From: Naegleria gruberi
Taxonomy: Eukaryota
Length of the DNA: 21,721 nt
Assembly (NCBI GenBank): GCA_000004985.1
Contig: GG738954.1
Direction: 5' to 3' (one strand)
This document shows positions 1-10,405 of this stretch, piece by piece. Made by a program: the position numbers and the translations under genes. The notes under the pieces were generated by a model. It ran no database searches and was not told the origin of the DNA. It was given only the letters and a program-made list of their open reading frames with translations. How positions within the stretch are numbered: position 1 is the stretch's first letter; every line of letters starts with the position of its first letter.

Positions 1-822
1 TTGGTGTTTAGGACTCTTGGAATGATATTCTGCATTGTGTCCAAATCATTCGTTGTGAATATCAGAAATAGAATGGAAACAAATGTCAAAATTAATTTTG
101 ATGTCACTAGTCAAGAATATAGAGATGTGTTTGTTTATGACAATAGCACAATCACTGGACAACAAGTGGGTATTGAATCTTACTGGAGAGAGCTAGATCA
201 AGGTTTCTATTCATTGGAAATCTTCTTTTCTACCAATACTGTCACCATTCTTTTAATTGCAATGTGTTTTATTGGAAATATCTTTCTTAAAACTGTGATT
301 CATGCAAAGGGACAACATCAATCGAAGGGTAGTAAGGTTTTATTGTATATTTTCAATGGATTGTCTTGTTTCTTTGGAATTTCCTTTTTTGTTATGGTTG
401 TGGTTTTGAGTGTCATCAGTCCGCTGTTTTGGTTGAAGATTTTGGAAAGAGATTCTGGAAATGTAGTGTTTATTGTGATGGCAGCAATATTTATATCTCA
501 AATATGTATTCAAAGTATATTTTCAATAGTAAGTTGACCAATCAGATGTTTTGTAAAAATTATTGAAATTTGACAGGTCAATACTGTGAAAGTCATTAAG
601 GTTATTAGAGAAATGGGTAAAACAGATACATCTAGAAGAGCTCTAGTTAAGGTTACTATTCTTCAACTCATCCTACTCATGACAGCTTTCATCTTTTTAA
701 TAGCAGCAATTTGTTATTCCATTTATGGAAATTACTTGTATTTGGCTTATTTCATTCTACTTAATATTGGGGTTATTGTATTTGTTTCTGTAATTTTGGC
801 AATTTCTGCATCAACTGCTTGA
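1..822 (+). CDS. 3' portion of a multi-pass membrane protein gene (5' end lies upstream of the window). Two exons, 1..528 and 577..822, joined in frame 1, stop TGA at 820..822. Several hydrophobic helices; possibly GPCR-like, function unknown.
   Basis: The frame-1 ORF is open from position 1. A GTAAGT donor sits at 529..534 immediately after codon 526..528, and a ...tttgacAG acceptor ends at 576. Exon 2 (577 onward) continues in the same frame for another 81 codons, including two more hydrophobic helices (LILLMTAFIFLIAAICY and LAYFILLNIGVIVFVSVILAI). Unspliced, the protein would stop at 535..537 straight after the donor. Confidence 0.55.
529..576 (+). other. spliceosomal intron (48 nt, GTAAGT...ACAG), phase 0
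   Basis: Canonical GTAAGT donor at 529..534, a pyrimidine/A-rich interior, an AG acceptor at 575..576, and frame preserved across the junction into an ORF rich in TM helices. Confidence 0.55.
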
Positions 823-888
823 AAAGTTTTCAATTTTAAAACAATTACAATTTTCACTTGAGCATAAATTTTGTAACAAAAAACAATG

Positions 889-1263
889 TCATTTAATTTT
901 CGTTTCTTGATTTATTTCAAATTGAAGAAGTTCACCATGTTGAGGATATTTAGCAATCAATTCTTTCATAAATTTCTCATTAGAACGAACAATTCTTGGT
1001 GCATGTTTGATTGAGTGGATGTGGTAATGAACTGAGAGTGAAACTATTTCCAAATTAGAGGCAAGTTCGAGGTCGATGAGTTTAAGTGTTGTTTCGTGAT
1101 GTTTGAGAGCTTGTTTGATAATGTCCAAATCAGATTTTAGTAATTGTTTCGTCTGGGTTATTCGAAAGTCTTGTTCTTCTTCATCATGTGGATAGCATTC
1201 GAATAATTGACTCACCATTTGTGGATAGTATTGAATGTTTGCCAGTAGAGCAGATAATAACAA
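889..1263 (-). CDS. hypothetical protein (124-aa ORF). The first ATG is at 1216..1218, which would give a 110-aa product.
   Basis: A 375-nt open frame on the minus strand in AT-rich sequence is unlikely by chance; stop TGA (complement of 889..891). No recognisable motif. The upstream overlapping ORF 1184..1366 (-) and a GTGAGT at about 1208..1213 (minus strand) leave the true 5' structure uncertain. Further 5' exons may lie towards or inside the 1457..5267 gap. Confidence 0.35.
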   Translation of the reverse strand: MLLSALLANIQYYPQMVSQLFECYPHDEEEQDFRITQTKQLLKSDLDIIKQALKHHETTLKLIDLELASNLEIVSLSVHYHIHSIKHAPRIVRSNEKFMKELIAKYPQHGELLQFEINQETKIK

Positions 1264-1456
1264 TCTTTGCTGAAACTAGACGAAAGTTATCTTGCAATTC
1301 TCGGGAAGCAATGTTCCAATCCAAATAACAAACACATTCATGCATTTTCTTTTCAATTATTCTCAATAATATACTAGCTAATTAACTAATTTGTGGAAAA
1401 AATCTTTTGATATTTGCAAAGATTTTAACTTTCCAAATTGGACTAATTGTAATCTT

Positions 1457-4400
1457 NNNNNNNNNNNNNNNNNNNNNNNNNNNNNNNNNNNNNNNNNNNN
1501 NNNNNNNNNNNNNNNNNNNNNNNNNNNNNNNNNNNNNNNNNNNNNNNNNNNNNNNNNNNNNNNNNNNNNNNNNNNNNNNNNNNNNNNNNNNNNNNNNNNN
1601 NNNNNNNNNNNNNNNNNNNNNNNNNNNNNNNNNNNNNNNNNNNNNNNNNNNNNNNNNNNNNNNNNNNNNNNNNNNNNNNNNNNNNNNNNNNNNNNNNNNN
1701 NNNNNNNNNNNNNNNNNNNNNNNNNNNNNNNNNNNNNNNNNNNNNNNNNNNNNNNNNNNNNNNNNNNNNNNNNNNNNNNNNNNNNNNNNNNNNNNNNNNN
1801 NNNNNNNNNNNNNNNNNNNNNNNNNNNNNNNNNNNNNNNNNNNNNNNNNNNNNNNNNNNNNNNNNNNNNNNNNNNNNNNNNNNNNNNNNNNNNNNNNNNN
1901 NNNNNNNNNNNNNNNNNNNNNNNNNNNNNNNNNNNNNNNNNNNNNNNNNNNNNNNNNNNNNNNNNNNNNNNNNNNNNNNNNNNNNNNNNNNNNNNNNNNN
2001 NNNNNNNNNNNNNNNNNNNNNNNNNNNNNNNNNNNNNNNNNNNNNNNNNNNNNNNNNNNNNNNNNNNNNNNNNNNNNNNNNNNNNNNNNNNNNNNNNNNN
2101 NNNNNNNNNNNNNNNNNNNNNNNNNNNNNNNNNNNNNNNNNNNNNNNNNNNNNNNNNNNNNNNNNNNNNNNNNNNNNNNNNNNNNNNNNNNNNNNNNNNN
2201 NNNNNNNNNNNNNNNNNNNNNNNNNNNNNNNNNNNNNNNNNNNNNNNNNNNNNNNNNNNNNNNNNNNNNNNNNNNNNNNNNNNNNNNNNNNNNNNNNNNN
2301 NNNNNNNNNNNNNNNNNNNNNNNNNNNNNNNNNNNNNNNNNNNNNNNNNNNNNNNNNNNNNNNNNNNNNNNNNNNNNNNNNNNNNNNNNNNNNNNNNNNN
2401 NNNNNNNNNNNNNNNNNNNNNNNNNNNNNNNNNNNNNNNNNNNNNNNNNNNNNNNNNNNNNNNNNNNNNNNNNNNNNNNNNNNNNNNNNNNNNNNNNNNN
2501 NNNNNNNNNNNNNNNNNNNNNNNNNNNNNNNNNNNNNNNNNNNNNNNNNNNNNNNNNNNNNNNNNNNNNNNNNNNNNNNNNNNNNNNNNNNNNNNNNNNN
2601 NNNNNNNNNNNNNNNNNNNNNNNNNNNNNNNNNNNNNNNNNNNNNNNNNNNNNNNNNNNNNNNNNNNNNNNNNNNNNNNNNNNNNNNNNNNNNNNNNNNN
2701 NNNNNNNNNNNNNNNNNNNNNNNNNNNNNNNNNNNNNNNNNNNNNNNNNNNNNNNNNNNNNNNNNNNNNNNNNNNNNNNNNNNNNNNNNNNNNNNNNNNN
2801 NNNNNNNNNNNNNNNNNNNNNNNNNNNNNNNNNNNNNNNNNNNNNNNNNNNNNNNNNNNNNNNNNNNNNNNNNNNNNNNNNNNNNNNNNNNNNNNNNNNN
2901 NNNNNNNNNNNNNNNNNNNNNNNNNNNNNNNNNNNNNNNNNNNNNNNNNNNNNNNNNNNNNNNNNNNNNNNNNNNNNNNNNNNNNNNNNNNNNNNNNNNN
3001 NNNNNNNNNNNNNNNNNNNNNNNNNNNNNNNNNNNNNNNNNNNNNNNNNNNNNNNNNNNNNNNNNNNNNNNNNNNNNNNNNNNNNNNNNNNNNNNNNNNN
3101 NNNNNNNNNNNNNNNNNNNNNNNNNNNNNNNNNNNNNNNNNNNNNNNNNNNNNNNNNNNNNNNNNNNNNNNNNNNNNNNNNNNNNNNNNNNNNNNNNNNN
3201 NNNNNNNNNNNNNNNNNNNNNNNNNNNNNNNNNNNNNNNNNNNNNNNNNNNNNNNNNNNNNNNNNNNNNNNNNNNNNNNNNNNNNNNNNNNNNNNNNNNN
3301 NNNNNNNNNNNNNNNNNNNNNNNNNNNNNNNNNNNNNNNNNNNNNNNNNNNNNNNNNNNNNNNNNNNNNNNNNNNNNNNNNNNNNNNNNNNNNNNNNNNN
3401 NNNNNNNNNNNNNNNNNNNNNNNNNNNNNNNNNNNNNNNNNNNNNNNNNNNNNNNNNNNNNNNNNNNNNNNNNNNNNNNNNNNNNNNNNNNNNNNNNNNN
3501 NNNNNNNNNNNNNNNNNNNNNNNNNNNNNNNNNNNNNNNNNNNNNNNNNNNNNNNNNNNNNNNNNNNNNNNNNNNNNNNNNNNNNNNNNNNNNNNNNNNN
3601 NNNNNNNNNNNNNNNNNNNNNNNNNNNNNNNNNNNNNNNNNNNNNNNNNNNNNNNNNNNNNNNNNNNNNNNNNNNNNNNNNNNNNNNNNNNNNNNNNNNN
3701 NNNNNNNNNNNNNNNNNNNNNNNNNNNNNNNNNNNNNNNNNNNNNNNNNNNNNNNNNNNNNNNNNNNNNNNNNNNNNNNNNNNNNNNNNNNNNNNNNNNN
3801 NNNNNNNNNNNNNNNNNNNNNNNNNNNNNNNNNNNNNNNNNNNNNNNNNNNNNNNNNNNNNNNNNNNNNNNNNNNNNNNNNNNNNNNNNNNNNNNNNNNN
3901 NNNNNNNNNNNNNNNNNNNNNNNNNNNNNNNNNNNNNNNNNNNNNNNNNNNNNNNNNNNNNNNNNNNNNNNNNNNNNNNNNNNNNNNNNNNNNNNNNNNN
4001 NNNNNNNNNNNNNNNNNNNNNNNNNNNNNNNNNNNNNNNNNNNNNNNNNNNNNNNNNNNNNNNNNNNNNNNNNNNNNNNNNNNNNNNNNNNNNNNNNNNN
4101 NNNNNNNNNNNNNNNNNNNNNNNNNNNNNNNNNNNNNNNNNNNNNNNNNNNNNNNNNNNNNNNNNNNNNNNNNNNNNNNNNNNNNNNNNNNNNNNNNNNN
4201 NNNNNNNNNNNNNNNNNNNNNNNNNNNNNNNNNNNNNNNNNNNNNNNNNNNNNNNNNNNNNNNNNNNNNNNNNNNNNNNNNNNNNNNNNNNNNNNNNNNN
4301 NNNNNNNNNNNNNNNNNNNNNNNNNNNNNNNNNNNNNNNNNNNNNNNNNNNNNNNNNNNNNNNNNNNNNNNNNNNNNNNNNNNNNNNNNNNNNNNNNNNN

Positions 4401-5267
4401 NNNNNNNNNNNNNNNNNNNNNNNNNNNNNNNNNNNNNNNNNNNNNNNNNNNNNNNNNNNNNNNNNNNNNNNNNNNNNNNNNNNNNNNNNNNNNNNNNNNN
4501 NNNNNNNNNNNNNNNNNNNNNNNNNNNNNNNNNNNNNNNNNNNNNNNNNNNNNNNNNNNNNNNNNNNNNNNNNNNNNNNNNNNNNNNNNNNNNNNNNNNN
4601 NNNNNNNNNNNNNNNNNNNNNNNNNNNNNNNNNNNNNNNNNNNNNNNNNNNNNNNNNNNNNNNNNNNNNNNNNNNNNNNNNNNNNNNNNNNNNNNNNNNN
4701 NNNNNNNNNNNNNNNNNNNNNNNNNNNNNNNNNNNNNNNNNNNNNNNNNNNNNNNNNNNNNNNNNNNNNNNNNNNNNNNNNNNNNNNNNNNNNNNNNNNN
4801 NNNNNNNNNNNNNNNNNNNNNNNNNNNNNNNNNNNNNNNNNNNNNNNNNNNNNNNNNNNNNNNNNNNNNNNNNNNNNNNNNNNNNNNNNNNNNNNNNNNN
4901 NNNNNNNNNNNNNNNNNNNNNNNNNNNNNNNNNNNNNNNNNNNNNNNNNNNNNNNNNNNNNNNNNNNNNNNNNNNNNNNNNNNNNNNNNNNNNNNNNNNN
5001 NNNNNNNNNNNNNNNNNNNNNNNNNNNNNNNNNNNNNNNNNNNNNNNNNNNNNNNNNNNNNNNNNNNNNNNNNNNNNNNNNNNNNNNNNNNNNNNNNNNN
5101 NNNNNNNNNNNNNNNNNNNNNNNNNNNNNNNNNNNNNNNNNNNNNNNNNNNNNNNNNNNNNNNNNNNNNNNNNNNNNNNNNNNNNNNNNNNNNNNNNNNN
5201 NNNNNNNNNNNNNNNNNNNNNNNNNNNNNNNNNNNNNNNNNNNNNNNNNNNNNNNNNNNNNNNNNNN
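1457..5267. other. assembly gap (3811 N)
   Basis: Continuous run of n. All four ORFs in the track running through it (1378..5514 and 1382..5329 on the minus strand, 1391..5272 and 1407..6146 on the plus strand) are artefacts of translating N as X. Confidence 1.
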
Positions 5268-6146
5268 GTTGATTCACTCTCTGAGAATATTCCACAAATT
5301 GACTTGACCAACTTTTTAAATGAATACAAGAATGAGAAGGGAAGAGGTTTCGCCAGTAGAGGAAGAAGTTTAAAATCAATTTTGAGTGGAAATATTTCAG
5401 AAAAGGAATCTCAACGATTGGATAACTTGTTTGGTGTAGAGTATTTGGAGGATATTTATGATGAATTGAGAACTGGTGATGTCTTGTTGCATTCTGGAAA
5501 GGGAACTTTCTCAAAAGCTATTCAATTGGGATTTTCATCGACTTGGTCTCACTTGTCGATTATTATTAGAAATCCACCGAAAGAATTATTGGAATTGTAT
5601 AAGGTTCAAGTTGATGCTTCATCAAGATTTTCAACTGTTTTTGTTGCAGAATCTGAAACTGATACTGTGGACAATAAGGAAGGTGGTGGAATTCAATTAG
5701 TAGAATTGAGAAGGTGGTTTATGGATTATTTGGAAAGAGATCCAACTGATTTGTGTTGTTTGAGAAGATTGAACATTCCTTCAATGGATAATAGACCAAA
5801 GGATGAGAATATTGTGGATCAATTCCCAACACTTGTTGATTATTTGAAGATTTCCATTGATAAGAAATACGAAACTTCAAAATCTGAATTATTGAAATGT
5901 GTCATTAAGAGAAATACTCAATCCAATGATGCTAATGTATTCTGTTCTGAATTTGTGGCTGAATGCTATCTTAGAATGGGTTTATTGCCACAAAACACAA
6001 TTACCTGCAATTATGGACCTCGTGACTTTAGTCAGGAATCTAATTTGGTTAATACAGTTCTATTGAAAGGAGCCAACTTGACAAAAGAAAAGAGAATTCG
6101 AGTAAGAGAATGGGATGAAAAGAATGATTGGAATGTTCAACCATAA
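5268..6146 (+). CDS. 3' part of a gene (start codon is inside the gap) encoding a permuted papain-fold hydrolase domain of the YiiX/YaeF (C92) / NlpC-P60 superfamily type; putative cysteine amidase or peptidase.
   Basis: In-frame continuation of the real-sequence end of ORF 1407..6146, with no Met between the gap edge and the domain; stop TAA at 6144..6146. Motifs seen in the translation: GDVLLHSGKGTFSKAIQ...TWSHLSIIIRN (a His-containing strand) followed about 150 aa later by VFCSEFVAECYLRMGLLP (a nucleophile Cys in a C-S-E-[FL]-V context). The His-before-Cys order is characteristic of permuted NlpC/P60-like enzymes. Confidence 0.6.
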   Translation, partial: VDSLSENIPQIDLTNFLNEYKNEKGRGFASRGRSLKSILSGNISEKESQRLDNLFGVEYLEDIYDELRTGDVLLHSGKGTFSKAIQLGFSSTWSHLSIIIRNPPKELLELYKVQVDASSRFSTVFVAESETDTVDNKEGGGIQLVELRRWFMDYLERDPTDLCCLRRLNIPSMDNRPKDENIVDQFPTLVDYLKISIDKKYETSKSELLKCVIKRNTQSNDANVFCSEFVAECYLRMGLLPQNTITCNYGPRDFSQESNLVNTVLLKGANLTKEKRIRVREWDEKNDWNVQP

Positions 6147-6271
6147 ATTTAATAAATTGTAATTTAATACTGATATAATAAAATATTAGAAATAATGTAA
6201 ATATATATAAGTGATTTATTTAGCGCAGCTGTCTTTGGTATTGTCTTGTGACAATACTTCAAAGAAAATGC
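6147..6271. promoter_or_regulatory. short shared 3' intergenic region between convergent genes, carrying AATAAA-type poly(A) signals on both strands
   Basis: AATAAA at 6151..6156 (+) and again at about 6178..6183 (+). TTTATT (AATAAA on the minus strand) at about 6217..6222, downstream of the minus-strand gene whose stop is at 6272..6274. Only about 125 bp separate the two stop codons. Confidence 0.35.
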
Positions 6272-7405
6272 CTAAAAATAATCATTTTGTTCTCTACTGT
6301 TTGAGTTAGAATCATCTTGTTCAAACAAAAAATCAAAGTCTGAATTAAGGGGAAAATTACCATTAGAACTTTCGTCTTGTTGATTGGGATCATATGCTAA
6401 TAGGTCAGTAATACATTCTTCGAACAATCTTTGAGGCGAAGAAATTAGATTTGGGAAGGAATTTGGACTTGGTGGTGCACTACTGGCAGCCATTTGAGAC
6501 ATGGCAGTTGGATACGTAGAATTCGGGATTCTTGGATCCATTAATGGGGTTGTTGGGATGAAATTTTGCATCACCGTATTGAAAGTTAGTGGTGTACTAG
6601 CAGATGGTGTCATTGGAACAAAGTTTTGCATTGGATTGACACTTGGTGGTGTAATAATATTAGGAACTAGTGGTGACAAAGAGTTTCCAGAAAGTGTTTG
6701 AGAATTATAAGATTGAATACTACCTGTATCATCACCAGAAGAGGAAGCTGCAACTACCTTCTTCTTTCTTGGTTTAGTCTTCTCACTGGTCTTTCTTTTA
6801 GTTCCAGATTTTGGCTCTTGATCTTCAATCATCGTTTCAGCAGAGGAACTAGAGGAAGCAGAAGCAGCAGCTCTCTTTCTAGGCTTTCTTTTCTTTCTGT
6901 TTGTTGTTACAGGTTCCAATCCACCATCAACATTAATTTCTTCTTCTTTTTCTTCTGACATTTCATCATCATCAGCAATCCATAGAGGTTCATCTTCACC
7001 ATTCAAATAGATGGCTTGAACCACTGATAAATTAGAATTATTCCTGACCACAGCCAGCCTTGTCTTCAACTTGATAACATGACCAAGGAGCACAATAATA
7101 ATATCACCCACTGCCTTTGTTGGGCACTTAACTTGACAAGCACCAAGTATCTTGGAAATTGTCATTTCAGCACGCATCTTGTTATCGCTAAAGTTGTTCT
7201 TCATCATGTACCAGCCTGATCTGTTTTGCAATGCATCAACCACAACCACTCTGATCTTGATGCCATCGAACAATTCCAATGAAACATGGGCCAATCCCTT
7301 CTTTCTAATAACAATTTTAAAAACAGGACGATGGGTAATTGGATCGTAAATAGTTTGTTCAAAGATTGGTTTATCAACGTTATTGACGTTATTGTTCTTG
7401 GTCAT
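6272..7405 (-). CDS. hypothetical nuclear protein, likely a transcription regulator: about 150-aa N-terminal globular domain of unrecognised family, an acidic stretch, two basic NLS-like clusters, an S/T/P-rich region with internal repeats, and an acidic/hydrophobic C-terminal tail.
   Basis: Intronless 377-aa ORF with ATG (complement of 7403..7405) and TAG stop (complement of 6272..6274). Features in the translation: basic clusters RKKRKPRKR and KRKTSEKTKPRKKK; a Ser run (AAASASSSSSA); a repeated motif MQNFVPMTPSASTP / MQNFIPTTPLMDP; and a C-terminal DFDFLFEQDD activation-domain-like tail. The plus-strand ORFs 6501..6701, 6698..6958 and 7152..7349 are antisense to this gene and are rejected. 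Confidence 0.7.
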   Translation of the reverse strand: MTKNNNVNNVDKPIFEQTIYDPITHRPVFKIVIRKKGLAHVSLELFDGIKIRVVVVDALQNRSGWYMMKNNFSDNKMRAEMTISKILGACQVKCPTKAVGDIIIVLLGHVIKLKTRLAVVRNNSNLSVVQAIYLNGEDEPLWIADDDEMSEEKEEEINVDGGLEPVTTNRKKRKPRKRAAASASSSSSAETMIEDQEPKSGTKRKTSEKTKPRKKKVVAASSSGDDTGSIQSYNSQTLSGNSLSPLVPNIITPPSVNPMQNFVPMTPSASTPLTFNTVMQNFIPTTPLMDPRIPNSTYPTAMSQMAASSAPPSPNSFPNLISSPQRLFEECITDLLAYDPNQQDESSNGNFPLNSDFDFLFEQDDSNSNSREQNDYF

Positions 7406-7676
7406 CGCGAGAGGGTTAAGAGGGTTTGATATTTGAAACTCTGATTAATTAAAATGATTTTTTTTTTGTTTTTAAAATATCAAATATTTCCGCGGTTTTA
7501 AGCTACAAAGTCAATCATGTTCCCCATTGGTTGAAAATGCACGTTTACAAAATCAAATTACTGGTGTTGATATTCATTCAATGAAAATCCACCCATGCAC
7601 AAAAGGTTGTCAATGACTTGAATTTACTTTACAATAAAAAGTCTTGTTCGGAACTGGAACAAGTAATACGCGCGTA

Positions 7677-10405
7677 NNNNNNNNNNNNNNNNNNNNNNNN
7701 NNNNNNNNNNNNNNNNNNNNNNNNNNNNNNNNNNNNNNNNNNNNNNNNNNNNNNNNNNNNNNNNNNNNNNNNNNNNNNNNNNNNNNNNNNNNNNNNNNNN
7801 NNNNNNNNNNNNNNNNNNNNNNNNNNNNNNNNNNNNNNNNNNNNNNNNNNNNNNNNNNNNNNNNNNNNNNNNNNNNNNNNNNNNNNNNNNNNNNNNNNNN
7901 NNNNNNNNNNNNNNNNNNNNNNNNNNNNNNNNNNNNNNNNNNNNNNNNNNNNNNNNNNNNNNNNNNNNNNNNNNNNNNNNNNNNNNNNNNNNNNNNNNNN
8001 NNNNNNNNNNNNNNNNNNNNNNNNNNNNNNNNNNNNNNNNNNNNNNNNNNNNNNNNNNNNNNNNNNNNNNNNNNNNNNNNNNNNNNNNNNNNNNNNNNNN
8101 NNNNNNNNNNNNNNNNNNNNNNNNNNNNNNNNNNNNNNNNNNNNNNNNNNNNNNNNNNNNNNNNNNNNNNNNNNNNNNNNNNNNNNNNNNNNNNNNNNNN
8201 NNNNNNNNNNNNNNNNNNNNNNNNNNNNNNNNNNNNNNNNNNNNNNNNNNNNNNNNNNNNNNNNNNNNNNNNNNNNNNNNNNNNNNNNNNNNNNNNNNNN
8301 NNNNNNNNNNNNNNNNNNNNNNNNNNNNNNNNNNNNNNNNNNNNNNNNNNNNNNNNNNNNNNNNNNNNNNNNNNNNNNNNNNNNNNNNNNNNNNNNNNNN
8401 NNNNNNNNNNNNNNNNNNNNNNNNNNNNNNNNNNNNNNNNNNNNNNNNNNNNNNNNNNNNNNNNNNNNNNNNNNNNNNNNNNNNNNNNNNNNNNNNNNNN
8501 NNNNNNNNNNNNNNNNNNNNNNNNNNNNNNNNNNNNNNNNNNNNNNNNNNNNNNNNNNNNNNNNNNNNNNNNNNNNNNNNNNNNNNNNNNNNNNNNNNNN
8601 NNNNNNNNNNNNNNNNNNNNNNNNNNNNNNNNNNNNNNNNNNNNNNNNNNNNNNNNNNNNNNNNNNNNNNNNNNNNNNNNNNNNNNNNNNNNNNNNNNNN
8701 NNNNNNNNNNNNNNNNNNNNNNNNNNNNNNNNNNNNNNNNNNNNNNNNNNNNNNNNNNNNNNNNNNNNNNNNNNNNNNNNNNNNNNNNNNNNNNNNNNNN
8801 NNNNNNNNNNNNNNNNNNNNNNNNNNNNNNNNNNNNNNNNNNNNNNNNNNNNNNNNNNNNNNNNNNNNNNNNNNNNNNNNNNNNNNNNNNNNNNNNNNNN
8901 NNNNNNNNNNNNNNNNNNNNNNNNNNNNNNNNNNNNNNNNNNNNNNNNNNNNNNNNNNNNNNNNNNNNNNNNNNNNNNNNNNNNNNNNNNNNNNNNNNNN
9001 NNNNNNNNNNNNNNNNNNNNNNNNNNNNNNNNNNNNNNNNNNNNNNNNNNNNNNNNNNNNNNNNNNNNNNNNNNNNNNNNNNNNNNNNNNNNNNNNNNNN
9101 NNNNNNNNNNNNNNNNNNNNNNNNNNNNNNNNNNNNNNNNNNNNNNNNNNNNNNNNNNNNNNNNNNNNNNNNNNNNNNNNNNNNNNNNNNNNNNNNNNNN
9201 NNNNNNNNNNNNNNNNNNNNNNNNNNNNNNNNNNNNNNNNNNNNNNNNNNNNNNNNNNNNNNNNNNNNNNNNNNNNNNNNNNNNNNNNNNNNNNNNNNNN
9301 NNNNNNNNNNNNNNNNNNNNNNNNNNNNNNNNNNNNNNNNNNNNNNNNNNNNNNNNNNNNNNNNNNNNNNNNNNNNNNNNNNNNNNNNNNNNNNNNNNNN
9401 NNNNNNNNNNNNNNNNNNNNNNNNNNNNNNNNNNNNNNNNNNNNNNNNNNNNNNNNNNNNNNNNNNNNNNNNNNNNNNNNNNNNNNNNNNNNNNNNNNNN
9501 NNNNNNNNNNNNNNNNNNNNNNNNNNNNNNNNNNNNNNNNNNNNNNNNNNNNNNNNNNNNNNNNNNNNNNNNNNNNNNNNNNNNNNNNNNNNNNNNNNNN
9601 NNNNNNNNNNNNNNNNNNNNNNNNNNNNNNNNNNNNNNNNNNNNNNNNNNNNNNNNNNNNNNNNNNNNNNNNNNNNNNNNNNNNNNNNNNNNNNNNNNNN
9701 NNNNNNNNNNNNNNNNNNNNNNNNNNNNNNNNNNNNNNNNNNNNNNNNNNNNNNNNNNNNNNNNNNNNNNNNNNNNNNNNNNNNNNNNNNNNNNNNNNNN
9801 NNNNNNNNNNNNNNNNNNNNNNNNNNNNNNNNNNNNNNNNNNNNNNNNNNNNNNNNNNNNNNNNNNNNNNNNNNNNNNNNNNNNNNNNNNNNNNNNNNNN
9901 NNNNNNNNNNNNNNNNNNNNNNNNNNNNNNNNNNNNNNNNNNNNNNNNNNNNNNNNNNNNNNNNNNNNNNNNNNNNNNNNNNNNNNNNNNNNNNNNNNNN
10001 NNNNNNNNNNNNNNNNNNNNNNNNNNNNNNNNNNNNNNNNNNNNNNNNNNNNNNNNNNNNNNNNNNNNNNNNNNNNNNNNNNNNNNNNNNNNNNNNNNNN
10101 NNNNNNNNNNNNNNNNNNNNNNNNNNNNNNNNNNNNNNNNNNNNNNNNNNNNNNNNNNNNNNNNNNNNNNNNNNNNNNNNNNNNNNNNNNNNNNNNNNNN
10201 NNNNNNNNNNNNNNNNNNNNNNNNNNNNNNNNNNNNNNNNNNNNNNNNNNNNNNNNNNNNNNNNNNNNNNNNNNNNNNNNNNNNNNNNNNNNNNNNNNNN
10301 NNNNNNNNNNNNNNNNNNNNNNNNNNNNNNNNNNNNNNNNNNNNNNNNNNNNNNNNNNNNNNNNNNNNNNNNNNNNNNNNNNNNNNNNNNNNNNNNNNNN
10401 NNNNN
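7677..10405. other. assembly gap (2729 N)
   Basis: Continuous run of n. All three minus-strand gap ORFs are artefacts. Of the two plus-strand gap ORFs, only the real-sequence tail of 7644..10478 (10406 onward) is retained; 7618..10413 is an artefact. Confidence 1.

Noticed and set aside
366-566. ORF 366..566 (+), overlapping exon 1 of the first gene in another frame
   Set aside because: Off-frame overlap with a longer TM-rich ORF that has splice support.
1184-1366. ORF 1184..1366 (-) and a possible GTGAGT donor at about 1208..1213 (minus strand), suggesting a spliced 5' exon for the 889..1263 gene
   Set aside because: The candidate intron would remove about 90 in-frame open codons of ORF 889..1263. 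An open frame that long in AT-rich DNA is more likely to be coding. No compelling acceptor context. Left as an uncertainty note in the gene's evidence.
1378-5514. Very long ORFs on both strands through the first gap: 1378..5514 (-), 1382..5329 (-), 1391..5272 (+), and the N-containing part of 1407..6146 (+)
   Set aside because: They consist almost entirely of X translated from the N-run 1457..5267. Only the real-sequence tail 5268..6146 (+) is retained.
6501-7349. Plus-strand ORFs 6501..6701, 6698..6958, 7152..7349
   Set aside because: Antisense to the well-supported minus-strand gene 6272..7405. Their composition is low-complexity (G/V-rich and S/L-rich runs), a mirror image of the Ser/Pro-rich sense strand.
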